Numbered from the whole stretch's first letter, positions 39,424 to 52,412 are shown. The stretch is DNA of 63,653 bases, filler included, from Intoshia linei (GCA_001642005.1; 6 parts of 6 records of this genome joined end to end with filler, not necessarily neighbours in it); one strand, 5' to 3'. The notes: a model not told the origin generated them from the sequence alone. Translations and numbers: made by a program.

Positions 39424-42400
39424 ATGGTGTATCATATTTTTCCAATAGTTTGCACTTTATTATACCCGATAACATTTTATATAACGTATACATTTATTTA
39501 CTTTCATAATCCAGTTTTAGATACATGTTGAGCCTGTATTATCGTCATACCTCTTTATTTCCGTATATAAGGTTTTATTTTGGATAAAATCATCATTATT
39601 GTTACGCGTTTTAATTTTACTTTTTTAGTTATACTGGTGCTAAACCACCTGAAAGTTGTATTTTTACCTTCTTTGTGTCAATATTTGGATGTATCTGTAA
39701 TATTTCAATTTATAATTTAATTTAATTATATACTACATTGTATTTGATAAATTCTACTGTATTCTATTTAACATTAATTTGATAATACATATATTTATAA
39801 TTTAATGTTATTAAATTAGCGTTCTTATACATGTATATTAATTACAAAATTGTCAATGCTACGCTTCATATAAAACATAGGCTCAATTTAATTGCATTGT
39901 TTGTGGGTTATTTATCAGTAATTGGATCGTTTATTGTAGCTAGTTTTCAGGTAATATAATTATATCCTTACTTATATAAAGTAAAATGGTTAAAAGTACA
40001 AATGTACATTGTATATGTCTTTTTATTTATTTGTTTGTTCCGGTTAAATTAAGAAAATAAGAGAAGTCGAGTTTTACAAATTCCATATTTATATAACAGT
40101 TTTTCGAGAGTGATGTTTAACTGCAAATTTCACTTTCAGAAATGAATCTTTCAATTCTCTATGAATCGTTGTTATCGGAGCCAAACCTACCAAGCCCGAG
40201 GTCATCCGAAAGTGAAAAATGTACCCCTAATTTTTTTTCAAAACTATACGTAATGTCATATAAAGGGCCGTGCAGTGAGGGCTATGGCCATATGATCCAG
40301 CCTACAATCATGATGGCTTACTTTTTAAATGTATTAATAGGTAATGTTGGAAAATTTCTTAAATATAAAAATTTCGATAACCAAATTGATTAAAGTTTAA
40401 TATATTAACTTAATATATTAACCGTTAAACCAATGCGATTTCTAACGGTTATTTTTAATTTATAGAAAAAAAACAATCGATTAAGCAATGCATACCGCTC
40501 CCATTTTTTAAAATTTTTTTATATGAGGCCAACAATTTACATCCGACCCGGGCCTACTGTTGGCTCTCCAAGGGCCTGGTCATATAGCCTTACCCGTCTC
40601 TCCAAGGCACTTGATTTTAAATTTAACACACAATATAGATATGATGTTCAAGAATATATTTTTTAATGCTCAATTTGGAAAAATCATGGCACCATAATGG
40701 TAGTACCATTTTACAAAAATTTCGTCGAGCCCACAGAAAAGGGGTTTAGGGTACGGTAGGTTGGATACTGGTCGTTATTGTGAGTATTGTTATGATTTAA
40801 TATTATAATATATTTTTTTAGATAACCAACGTTCGAAATGTACATTCTCTTGGAGCATTTTTAGTTTTTATAGCTGGTCCAATTTACATGGTTATAATCA
40901 CATATTTATACCATCTTACAAATAAATTTGGACAAGCGTATTCAGCTCTTCATACCAAACAGGTTATGTACTTTAGAATTGTTCTCATGGTAATAACCAT
41001 TATTGTGATTTTATCAGGTAAACGTTTTTTTCACCAATGTATCCAACCCTCTGTATTAAAATATTTATTTAACTATACCATGCATTATTGTATTTATCTT
41101 TACATGACATTTCAGCGGTAAATGAAGTATATACACGATAAATGCCGTGCCAACCAAAACTGTCCCCACATTAAATGCTGGCATTCTCATATTTAAAGTG
41201 CTCATCTGTTTTCACGTTGTTTTTACATTACCCATATTGAATTAATTAATTTACTATTACCCACTTTGACATGTTTTAATTAGATTTTAAGCGTCTAAAA
41301 TCTGCTACTGAAAAGTCATTGATTCAGATTATCCTATAATAGAAATGAAACAATAATTATAAGGTTAGATAACTTTTTTTGTGAATCTCATTAAATCAAA
41401 ATTTTGTTTTTCTAACAAAAATCGTATTTCATACATATTTACATTGTACATCATGCATAACACAAATATACAAAAATAAACACAAATTTCTTTAAATTAA
41501 AAAATTTTAAATTAACAAATAAGTAAATACAAAACCTTTAAAGTTTACAATTATAATCGTGATATTTGACCCTAAATGGCGGCAACAGATGAACCTTATT
41601 GTGTTAAGATTCGTTTATAATAGGGTCAGTCAATGTTTTTTATCAGGGTTTCATGTAGTGCAGACTTATTGTAACGAAGACTCTTCTTTGGGACCTGGAC
41701 GAAATTTTTGTAAAATGAGTCTTATTTTTCCAAATTTAGTATTAAAAAATGATATTCTTGAATATCATAACTAATACTGTATTAAATTTTAATATTTCAA
41801 ATGAAGAGATTTGTAGAGGTGGCTAGTGGTTATATTAACTACACATCGTTTGCGAAATTTTTTTAGGGGAATATTTTTCATTTTCGGATGATCTCGAGTT
41901 TCATATGTTCAGCTATGGGTTGATAAATTAAAAACTTTAAAAATCACCAAAATAAACAATGAATAAAACAAATAAATGAATTTTAGGTTTAATTACGACC
42001 ATTCTTTCAAGATATGAAAAAGCGAACACAAATCAAGCTAACAATGAATATAATATTATAGATAATGTAACTCAATTTACTATATAATACTAATTATAAT
42101 ATTTAATATTAATTCACATAATTTAATTTCCCCATTAATTTTAATTATATTTAAAAATTGATTATTATCTAATCAATTTTATAATTTGAAATGGTAAGTT
42201 TTAAAACCTGCAAGTATATTATCTTACATTTCGTATTAATATTACCCGTCCATTGTTTTATTAATTACTTAATTTTAGGACTCAAAGTTGCATATTGCAT
42301 CTGTCTCTTTTGAATGGATATCTTTTTTAATTTACATAACTTTCATTTCAACAACAATTGAATTATTTCAAAATGTTAAAACAATAAAAATTGTTCTCGA

Positions 42401-42473
42401 AATGAAACATAATTTGCCACTATTAAGTCAAGTCACTACTTTAGAAGTTGAATCAAATACCAACGAAACTTGA
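39424..42473 (+). CDS. DRAM/TMEM150 (Frag1/DRAM/Sfk1) family membrane protein, paralogue 1
   Basis: LFPYISYTGAKPPESCIFTF; IGSFIVASFQ/ITNVRNVHSLGAFLVF; LHIASVSFEWISF; seven GT-AG exons. Confidence 0.88.
40230..40757. mobile_element. Nested MITE remnants in a DRAM intron; the outer family is also at about 5240-5420, 6720, 16560-16720 and 23445-23620
   Basis: Terminus tagggtacggta matches taccgtacctgagacc copies; shared aatgctcaattt / ccaaggcacttga blocks; inner agggccgtgcagtg...gggcctg insert. Confidence 0.55.
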
Positions 42474-42549
42474 TATATTTTGTAATATATGTTTACTAAA
42501 ATAAACGTAAAATGTAAACAATTCTGTTTTTACTGCGAAAAATTTATAT

Positions 42550-43288
42550 ATGAACTTGATTGGTTATCATATTGTGCCTATATTAATAGTACTTATATAT
42601 CCATTCACTCTATCCATAAGGTACGACTTTGCGATTATTCTGAATTGTAGTGAAATGCATCAAGATATGATATTATAAAATATACATTTTTAGTTACTTC
42701 TGTGCGGTGCATTATGGGCACGTTAAATCATACACGCCATATATTAGGTTGAATTAAATAAAAAAGTAATTAACTATTAATTTTCAGTGAATTGAATAAA
42801 AAATCTCCCGAAAGTTGTATCTTTGCCTTTTTTATTTCAATATCTACGATACTTTGTAATACAAATTGGTTTAAAAGTTATAGTAAGTTTAGCCATCATG
42901 TATGTTTATCTGAATTATAAAATAATAAAAATTGGTTCAACTGGAATGAATTTACTAAATAAAAATAATGCATTTGTCGGATATTTGTCTCAAGTTGGAG
43001 TTCTGTTGCTAGTTTCCTTTAGTGTGAGATCACATTTAATCTACTTATTACTACATTTTTATTCAAACATATTATTTTATTATACATTAAAATTTTAGAC
43101 GGAAGTTTCGAATATTATTCATATAACAGGAACCCTCATATTATATATATCCACGCCATTATATATAACATGTATAACTTATCTATTCAATTGTTCCAGG
43201 CGAATTAATGTTTATGATATGCACAATAAAAGAATGATCGTTCTCAGATATTTCCTGGCTCTGTGTCTTATGATTGTTTCAGCATTAG
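42550..43288 (+). CDS. DRAM/TMEM150 paralogue 2 (3' exons not found)
   Basis: MNLIGYHIVPILIVLIYPFT; YTPYISELNKKSPESCIFAF; YLNYKI..VGYLSQVGVLLLVSFS; intron positions match paralogue 1. Confidence 0.8.
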
Positions 43289-44274
43289 GTTATACATTAT
43301 GTATCGTTATATTGAAATAGTTAGCTATAATAATGTAAAAATATAATAATAATTATAAAATGACTATACATATTATAAAATGTAGTACTATTTAATTTTA
43401 TTAAGACAAAGAAAAAATAATACCTTATCAAAAATTAAGAAATTTTACAAAAAAAACGACAAAAATATAAAATCTACCATAATAAATGAGTAGTATTATA
43501 ATAATAATTATAGATATTACATGTAATAAATATTTTTTATTCATTGCGCCATGTTAATTTATAATAAAATCAACTTCATAAATATATATATAGGACGCGA
43601 TAGTTTAAAATTGATTACAGGCAATATTTGTTGCGTATTTATTTGTTTTATTTTTATTTTTCATAGTTAATGTTTTATTTAGTGTTTTTCATAAAAATGT
43701 TTGCATATTATCTTACTAATGGAAAATCCGCATATTTGATTTCAAAACATAATGATGTTCCAAATATTATAGTAATTTGTATTTTACGTAATAATTATAT
43801 TTTTATTGTTATCAGCTCAGCATGTATTATCCATCTAGCTAAAATCCAGGGACGTGTCATTAAAGGAGGCCTGACATCCCTTGAGTAAATCCATAATTAT
43901 AAATGTAAATTTTCTTAAAAAAAATCGGAAATTTGGTTTTTGACTCTGAAGGATTCAATTTATGAAAAGGTAACATGTACAAAAACATCACTCTCGCAAA
44001 ACTATTAGAAATTTGATTTTTTTAAATAAACTGCAACACATACGTTCAATTTTATATACGCTTAAAGAATACACATTTGCAGCTCTTGAACCATTTTTTC
44101 CATTGTTACATTTTTATAAATCAATATTCATTTATTACATTACTACATTATTATATATTTGGGAAAAATTTTATTTTATACTTTACAATGCACGCTACTC
44201 AAAGAAAATAAAAAAAATTTCCAAATTCCCCATGAAAAATATCAAATTATCCACTCTGGGAAATACTGGGTAAA

Positions 44275-44927
44275 TTGTTTGTCTGTCTGTGTGTGTCTGT
44301 TCAGCTTTATTTAAATAACTACCCGTCTTACAATTTTTTAAATACCACATTTCAATTACAGTTTTTTTCGGGACGTATATTAAGATATATTTCAAATTCC
44401 CAATTTCACATCTTAAGAGTCAAAAACCCTTGTTGTTCCTCTTTTTGAAAATCAAACGAGTTGGACAATTTAAAAAAATTATATCTTGATGGCCAAAACC
44501 ACAAATTCCCTTCCTTTTTTTTGAAAACAGCCCTAGCATTTCAAAAAATTTCAATCCGAATAAGTGACGACTTCACGGTCAAACAAACATTTTAGTATTC
44601 ATACATTTTTTTTCCGAAATATTTTATTAAAACCAAAAATGTGAAATACTTAACGGTTCAAAAATTAAAAAAAGGATTTTCTGATAGAGCTTATTCCAGT
44701 TGATATAAATACAAAATTTCAACCCCAAAAATCTACGCATTCCTGGTGAAAAATAATTTTTTATATATTATCAACCAATATTTTTTAAATATTTTGATTA
44801 AAATCAAAAATTGACAATGTAAATATTGATCGTACAATTTCAAAAAAAATTTGTATTGTACGTCTACACCTGGCCAATGAAGACATATGGGTGAAAATCT
44901 ATATAATTCATTCCTTCGGAATTTTTT
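44275..44927 (+). mobile_element. Non-autonomous Helitron family copy (opposite orientation; cut by the gap)
   Basis: Reverse complement of the family body. Confidence 0.78.
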
Positions 44928-45027
44928 NNNNNNNNNNNNNNNNNNNNNNNNNNNNNNNNNNNNNNNNNNNNTTAATTAATTAANNNNNNNNNNNNNNNNN
45001 NNNNNNNNNNNNNNNNNNNNNNNNNNN

Positions 45028-45290
45028 TCAAGTGTTAGGACCATTTCGAATTCCTAGTGGCGTAAAATTAAATTCTAAATTGTAATATTCACTATTTCGG
45101 CATGTTTAAATTTTTATAGTTAGTTACACATAGTTTTTGGAGAACTACTTTCCATGGTTCAATTCAAAGAGTGAAGAATTTAATAACAATTTCAAATTCA
45201 TGCACGATAATGCACCTTCCCATGCATTATTATATAGTAGGACATTTTTATCAGAAAATGGCATTAATAGAGAAAAGTTAATGTTAGTGA
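45028..45290 (+). pseudogene. Tc1/mariner transposase fragment
   Basis: LGPFRIPSGVKLNS and FLENYFPWF..FKFMHDNAPSH (second catalytic Asp motif). Confidence 0.8.
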
Positions 45291-45571
45291 TCTGTCTAAT
45301 AAATTATAAACACACTGTGTATAACATTGTGTAAAATTCTATGACATTAAATTAAATTGCTTTTATTGAATTATGCTTGTTATCATTGATTACTTTTTAT
45401 GTATATTAATTTTTTATTTGAGTTTAACAAGTATCCAACTTAACGTTATTGATAATCGAAATTGAATTCAGTTATTCGCCCAAAATGGAGATTAGAAATA
45501 TCTGTATGATGATGGATCTGTATGATGAGGAGGTTATACTGTATAATAAAAAATACAAATGATTAAGATAA

Positions 45572-45807
45572 GGAAATATATTAATAATTTTCAATGGGGT
45601 TCCTGTTCAGACGACGTTAATTATGGCGAACGATTTTCGACGAGAATATTAGACACTTTAGAAAACCCGAACACTCAAAATCGACTAATAAATTTGTGGA
45701 ATTATAAAATTGGTAGAGAGGTATATAATGAAATTACTTAGGTAGTAGAAAAATCGATTGAAATCAAATGTAAATGTTATGGTATATCTGGATCATGTTC
45801 CATTAAA
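45572..45807 (+). pseudogene. Wnt ligand fragment (two exons); flanking exons not found
   Basis: FQWGSCSDDVNYGERFSTRILD..RLINLWNYKIGRE / VVEKSIEIKCKCYGISGSCSIK matches Wnt WGGCSD..NLHN..GR..CKCHGxSGSC. Confidence 0.85.
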
Positions 45808-46777
45808 GTTAGTTGATTCAGAGAAACAATCTAAATCTGATTAGTTTTAAATTTTAAATGGTTTATGTTTTTCGAAATTATAGTTAACAATAATTCCTTG
45901 AGTCTCTGCATAAAAATTTAAGTTCCAGTCATGATTAGATAGGGTTATTTTATTATTTACCTTATTCTATACATATAAACCAGTGATTCTGAAAGTGGAC
46001 GGTAACGCTTACCTAGAGGCACTAAGTCTGGTTGGGGGTGAGTGATTATGATAAATTTTCAGATATCCGAAAATTGTTTTTAAATGGTTTTATCATTTTT
46101 TGAAATTTCATGCAACGTGGTCTTGAAGCTTTTCCAATCACCATCATTTTTTTTATACCCTTAGAAACTTTTCCAATTATAGCCATTTTTTTCTTTAAAT
46201 CCAGACATGTGTATTTTTTTGAGACATAACACTAAAATAAATCATAAGTAATATTTATTTTATGAAACAATACATTTTAAATTTAAAATTTAAAATTACG
46301 TAATAATAAAATAAAATAATTCAGATATTATCTAATTCAATTATAAAATTTATATAAAAATGAACTTGTGCATATTCAAAAAGAAGAGTATTTCAATCAA
46401 ATTGACTTCAACAAAAATGTACTTTTTTATATAGTAACTATATGGAAACAAATTATGAGGTTCACAACTAAGAATAATTCAATGAAATTGACGTTAAATT
46501 AAAGAGATTCTACTGTAATTTATAAGGCCTAACACTTAAAAAATGTTTTTTAAATTAAAAAAAACATTTGACACCATATCTATTATTGTCTCGTATTATA
46601 TAGATCAGGGTGCACAACCTGCGGCCGTGGGCCTGTGATCATAATGCAATATATCGATTTACTTCAAACTAAAATTAAGTTAAAATAACATGTTATTCAA
46701 GAAAAATTTAAAATATTTTAATCAAAAATATAAATTTTTGACTTTGCGCCAGTTTCTCAAATTAAATTAAATTAAGC

Positions 46778-47119
46778 ATTAAGTTAAATTGCTTTTATTG
46801 AATTATGCTTGTTATCATTGATTACGTTTTATGTATATTAATTGGTTATCTGAATTTATATTTCAAGATAAAATTTTGAAAAGTTTGTTAACAAGTTAAA
46901 GTATCCAACTTGACGTTATTGATAATCGAAAAAAAACATACCGAAAATGTCAATTTTGATGCAGTTGTTGAAAATTTTAGCATAATGAAAACTAGAAAAA
47001 AAAATATAAATTATTATGATAAAAAATTATTAATAGACATAATATTAAAATAGATAATATGAGTTTGGTTCCGTAATAATTATTTCGCTCCCTGACTAAA
47101 AATCCTAGATCCGCCACTG
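46778..47119 (+). mobile_element. hAT (ZMYM1-like) transposase 3' remnant with terminal repeat
   Basis: SNLTLLIIEKKHTENVNFDAVVENFSIMKTRK; ends in cctagatccgccactg. Confidence 0.7.
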
Positions 47120-47145
47120 AACTAGGGTGCGATTTTTTTATATTA

Positions 47146-47393
47146 TCCCTACTTATATAATATGCTATGTACTATTTAGGTGTTACCCTTTATTTCAAAA
47201 CTATCAGTCATAGAATTTATAAAGTTCACATTTTAATTACAGTTTTTTCCGGGGTGTTAGCAAAATAAATTTTAATTTTCCAAACTCACATCTTACTGGT
47301 CAAAAAGCCAATTGTCCTTTTTTTGAAAATCAAACGAGTTCGAGAATTTAAAAAATAAAAAAAATTGTACGTAGTACATAACAGTCAACCTAG
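47146..47393 (+). mobile_element. Complete mini-Helitron (248 bp)
   Basis: A|TCCCTACTTATATAATATGC ... tgtacgtagtaca hairpin ... CTAG|T; no TSD. Confidence 0.85.
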
Positions 47394-47784
47394 TTTCATA
47401 TAAAATCTAATCTAAAAATTAACAACTAATCTCTAAGAAGAGTTAATAAATTTGTCACTATCCAATATAATTAATATCAATAGAAAATTGTAAAGATAAA
47501 ATTATATTTAACTCAAAATAACGAAAATTTATTATTTTCTGAAAGGTAATATAATAATTAATCGACATTTAAGATTACATTACGTATGATATTATTTAGA
47601 TGGAAGAACTACCCTAAAAAAAGTTTAAAAACCAATTATTAAAAAATTCACTGATAAAATTTTTACTTATTATATTCTTAATAATAAAAATTAGATTACA
47701 TTTATTTTATATCTTATTATAACATATTGCGCATCATAAATGGATTATAAGTGTATTATGTAATAGTACAAATATGTACTACAT

Positions 47785-48090
47785 TTTTTAAAAAAGGGTA
47801 ATTTGTGGTTTTGGCTTTGAAGATACACCTTTTGAAGTATATGATAATGTTGATAATTTTAAAATCTATATCTATATTTTTTTAAATTCTAGGAGTTGTT
47901 TCATTTAAAAATTAAAAGTATATTGGGTTTTTGATATGTAAGATGTAAGTTTTTGAGATTTAAATTATCTTAATTTCTCCCCAGAAAAATCTAACTTAAA
48001 ATTTGTGTTTGTTATAATTCTTGGACTCTTATTTATTGTAACAAACGTTAACAGACGGACAACAAACAAAGAGTTTTATAAGTAGTAGGA
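47785..48090 (-). mobile_element. Diverged Helitron family copy with 5' terminus
   Basis: Minus strand A|TCCTACTACTTATAAA; degraded body homology. Confidence 0.62.
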
Positions 48091-48262
48091 TGTATGAATT
48101 CGTCAAGATATCTAAATTTTCGATTATTTATTATTTAATTTTAATATTAGACAACAGCAAATGTGTATCTTAAAAATATTAACAATACAATATTTACGTA
48201 TAAATCAATTAAAATGTGAATGTTGCACAGCATTTGTAAATAAGTCTAATAATTCTTAGTAT

Positions 48263-50060
48263 ATGACGGAAAATTCTGAATCTGTCAAAGTTGTGGTCAG
48301 GTGCCGACCAATGAACAAAAATGAGATTGATTCAAAGTAATTTAATATATTTATATAATACTACCCCTAAACATACATAAGTATCGCATACCATAAACTA
48401 TATATTTAATGGTTTCTTTAAATTATTTAAATTACAGACATTTTATTTTATAGTAATTGTACCCTTTACGATATAAAGTAGGTTTAATGGTTTGCACATA
48501 TCGTGTATAAAATTACAATTCTTTTGTAAATTTAATTAAATTAGGTCCAGTACAATATTTTTTTCAAGACCTGAAATTGCCCAATGCACTTTACAATGTG
48601 AAAAAAAATCAAAAACATTCACATTTGATCGTGTTTATGGAAATGATGATGTTACAAGTAAAATATATGACGATATAGCTTACCCTCTAGTAGAGGTAAT
48701 GTGCAAAATGTACATTGTGTATTAAGCATCAATGCTAGATTTTAAATTTTTAAGCTCATAATATTGTATACTCAAAATTTAAAAAGGTAAATTTAGGGAG
48801 TTACTGAAGGGTACAATGGGACCATTTTTGCTTACGGACAAACTGGTTGCGGTAATTTAAAAATTAACTAATAAGTATATTAATATAACAATATCAATAT
48901 GTGTAATTCGTCACTTTCGAATTTAACATTTATTTAGGAAAAAGTTATAGCATGCAAGGCGTTGTTCATCCTAAGAGTCAGATTGGAATTATTCCAAGGT
49001 AAGCCATTATAAAATCATTGAAATTAATGATAATGCGCTAAAATAGCATTACCGTATATAATATTGTTGCATTTATAATAATTTTAAATTTTAAAATTAC
49101 TTTCTCACTAGTTTGGAGATTCACAATCTAAATCGAAAAATGGAAAATTAAATAAAATTTATCAATTTAAAAATATTGCCTGTATATAAAATACTCAAAA
49201 TTGCGGTTAAATTTAATCATCGATACAGTTTATTATTAGATTATTATGACAAATAAATGTATTGGAATTTAATTATACAATGCATTGACATAACTATTTT
49301 AAATTAATTAATTAGCAACATTTTTAAATAGAGAAAAATCAATCCAACCCACAGTATATTTTTTAATATTGCATTTTTTTTTGAGGAATTTTACATTTAT
49401 ATTTTTTAAAAATTTATGAAATTAAAAAAATTGCGCCAATTAAAATATTTTTGAAACAGGTAATATTTGATATAATTGTATGATTTTTAAACGAATTGTG
49501 ATTATTTTTACACATGTATACTTATGAAAAGATGCGATTTATTATGTATTTATTTACATTTAATTCATAAATTTAGAGCATTCACACAAATATTTAATAA
49601 AATAAACATTAGCGGAAACATTAAATATTTAATCACAATTTCATATCTTGAAATTTACAATGAAATTATTTACGATTTATTTGGAAAAAACAAAAACAGT
49701 AAACTCGAATTAAAAGAACATCCAGAATATGGAGTATATGTTCAAGGTATTTTTAAATCTAAAATTGTGTAATTAAAATTAATTAATATAATATTAATTC
49801 CATTTATTTCAATTTTAATTGACAAGATCTTTCTATGCATACATGTTCGAGTATTGATGAATGTCAAAGTTTAATTGAAAAGGGTTGGAGGAACCGTGCA
49901 ACAGGGTCGACTCAAATGAATAAATGTTCTAGTCGTAGTCACGCAATTTTTACCATGAAATTGGATAGAATTGAAGTTGATCAAAATGAAAAAGACCATA
50001 TTCGACAAGGAAAATTAAATTTAGTTGATTTAGCTGGTTCAGAGAGACAATCTAAATCTG
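48263..50060 (+). CDS. KIF17: Kinesin-2 KIF17/OSM-3, N-terminal part of the motor (six exons; remainder not found)
   Basis: [94 protein letters not shown], closely matching KIF17. Confidence 0.92.
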
Positions 50061-50356
50061 GTTAGTTTTAAATTTTAAATGGGTTATGTTTTTCAAAATT
50101 ATAATTAATATAATTTTGAGTAGGGGCTAAGATTAATTAAGTCGAATCGCAATTAATATAAATAAAAAATTTTCTTAAATCGACAAAGAAAGATAAGACT
50201 TTAAATACAATACAATAATTAAATATAATGCAAATTTTGAAAAAATCCTTTATTGTTGCATAATTAATATAATTTTAAAAATATCGATTTATGTAATTTT
50301 TATACTGTATAAATAAATTATATAATATACAATATGTACAATGCCGTACAATCGGC

Positions 50357-50740
50357 TTAGGTACTGCCCGTAGCCTTGGCCTTCTTAGGAATCAAAGTTG
50401 AATTGATGTGAGGCAATACACCGCCTTGACTGATCGTAATATTCTTCATTAATCGGTTCAATTCTTCATCATTTCTGATGGCCAATTGTAAATGGCGTGG
50501 TATGATTCTAGATTTCTTGTTGTCTCGGGCAGCATTGCCTGCCAATTCCAACACTTCGGCGGCCAAATATTCCATCACAGCTGCCATGTAGACTGGTGCA
50601 CCTCCACCAATGCGGGGTCCATAGTTTCCCTTACGAATGTGTCTGTGAATACGGCCGACTGGAAATTGTAATCCAGCTTTTGATGATCTTGATTTGCTCT
50701 TTATATTTTTTGATTTTCCTGATTTTCCTCGTCCAGACAT
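50357..50740 (-). CDS. Histone H2A (intronless, solitary)
   Basis: [60 protein letters not shown]. Confidence 0.98.
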   Translation of the reverse strand: MSGRGKSGKSKNIKSKSRSSKAGLQFPVGRIHRHIRKGNYGPRIGGGAPVYMAAVMEYLAAEVLELAGNAARDNKKSRIIPRHLQLAIRNDEELNRLMKNITISQGGVLPHINSTLIPKKAKATGST

Positions 50741-50791
50741 TGTATTTTAAATTGTTAAAAAAGGATAATGCTATTATAATCCAGAAATTTG

Positions 50792-50830
50792 TTTATATAT
50801 TATCAGTATGCGCGCGCGCTATAAAATTGG
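50792..50830 (-). promoter_or_regulatory. H2A core promoter: CCAAT box, (GC)5 tract, TATA box
   Basis: On the minus strand: CCAAT (50830-50826), GCGCGCGCGC (50819-50810) and TATATAAA (50799-50792), about 50-90 bp upstream of the ATG. Confidence 0.6.
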
Positions 50831-51140
50831 TTGTGTTGTTAATCTTATGAGTAGAAACGTAGTCATCAACAATTAGTTTTATTATATCTAAGTTTTATAG
50901 TGTAACTTATACATACATAATAGTAGTCTTAATATTAAAATAAATTAAAAAAGTATTGGTTTAATTATTAAACTTTAATCAATAAAATTTTTAAAAAATT
51001 AATAAATATTATTTTATTATATGTATGAGCGATAAAATGTTCATTTTATTAGTTATAATTTATAAGGTCTAACATAACATAATTATTAGTTTAAAAAAAC
51101 ATTTTACACCATATATATTATTTTCTCGTATTATATAGAT

Positions 51141-51698
51141 CAGGGTGCACAACCTGCGACCGTGAGAGCGTTTGTGTGCGGCCGTGGACCTGTGATCATA
51201 ATGCAATATATCAATTTACTTCAAATTAAAGTTAAAATGACATTTTATTTAAAGAAAATTTAACATATTTTAATCAAAAATGTAAATTTTTGATTTTGCC
51301 CCAGTTTCTCAAATTAGATTAAACTTTAAAAAATTTAAATTTCGATCTCTTTGGGCCGATTCAAGTTTTTCATAAGATATCAAATTTACATTATTATTCA
51401 TGTGTGTAATTAAAGCATGTTAAAATGTTGGCATCTTTTTAAAATGACTTAATTTTAATTTGTGGTTGATTTATTGTACAATGCAATATACCATTTTACG
51501 ACAAATTGAAAAAGTTTAAATCAGATTTTATTCAAAAAAAATTTAAAATATTTTTATCAAAAGGTTACATTTTTGACTTTGATTACTTTCTCAAAATGGA
51601 TTTAAACTATCTCAATTTCAAAGTAAATTATGTGCGGCCGTAGTACCATTAATAAAGTAGCTTCGTGGCTGAATTAGTGGAAAGGTTGTTCACCCCTG
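51141..51698. mobile_element. hAT MITE
   Basis: Ends CAGGGTGCACAACCT / AGGTTGTTCACCCCTG, perfect TSD ATATAGAT. Confidence 0.9.
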
Positions 51699-52412
51699 AT
51701 ATAGATTCTATAAAATACGAGATAAACCAATTTGGAATACTTAATAAATAGCTTTTACAGGTTTTATACAGTAATTTACCACCCTGTTGTATGTATTATA
51801 ATAATATTATTATAATATATATAATACAGGCTAATTCCTCGTTAACGGTATTTTTGGTCCTGAAAAAAAATCCCATTCCGTTAACGAGGAATTTTTTTGT
51901 AAAACCATTTTTGTTAACGGATTTTTTTATAAATAATGTGCTATACGTTTAAATAATAGAATTTTTTTATTTTCATTCCATTTAACATATTATTTTTTTA
52001 ACTGGTCATTTATTTAATCATTTCATATCATATAATTAATCATCAATTACTAAACGATGTTAAAATAACAAATATAAACAAAAATTTATTATTTTTTATA
52101 CAGAACTATAATATTCAAAAATTTTTCTTTGTCTAATCTTCTTTGATAATTTTTGGTGAAATTCATTTTCTATCGAGTAAATGTTACTTAAACTATTTGG
52201 ACATATTCTTGGTATCATTGATTTTAGTTAATCAATTAATACAGTATACCTAATATAGTCAGAATTTGTGATATCATCTTCCAAATTCTAAATGGGTTTA
52301 CTTGATAATTCGNNNNNNNNNNNNNNNNNNNNNNNNNNNNNNNNNNNNNNNNNNNNTTAATTAATTAANNNNNNNNNNNNNNNNNNNNNNNNNNNNNNNN
52401 NNNNNNNNNNNN

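Noticed and set aside
48222-48234. X-box-like GTTGCACAGCATT upstream of KIF17
   Set aside because: The second half-site is too degenerate to distinguish from chance
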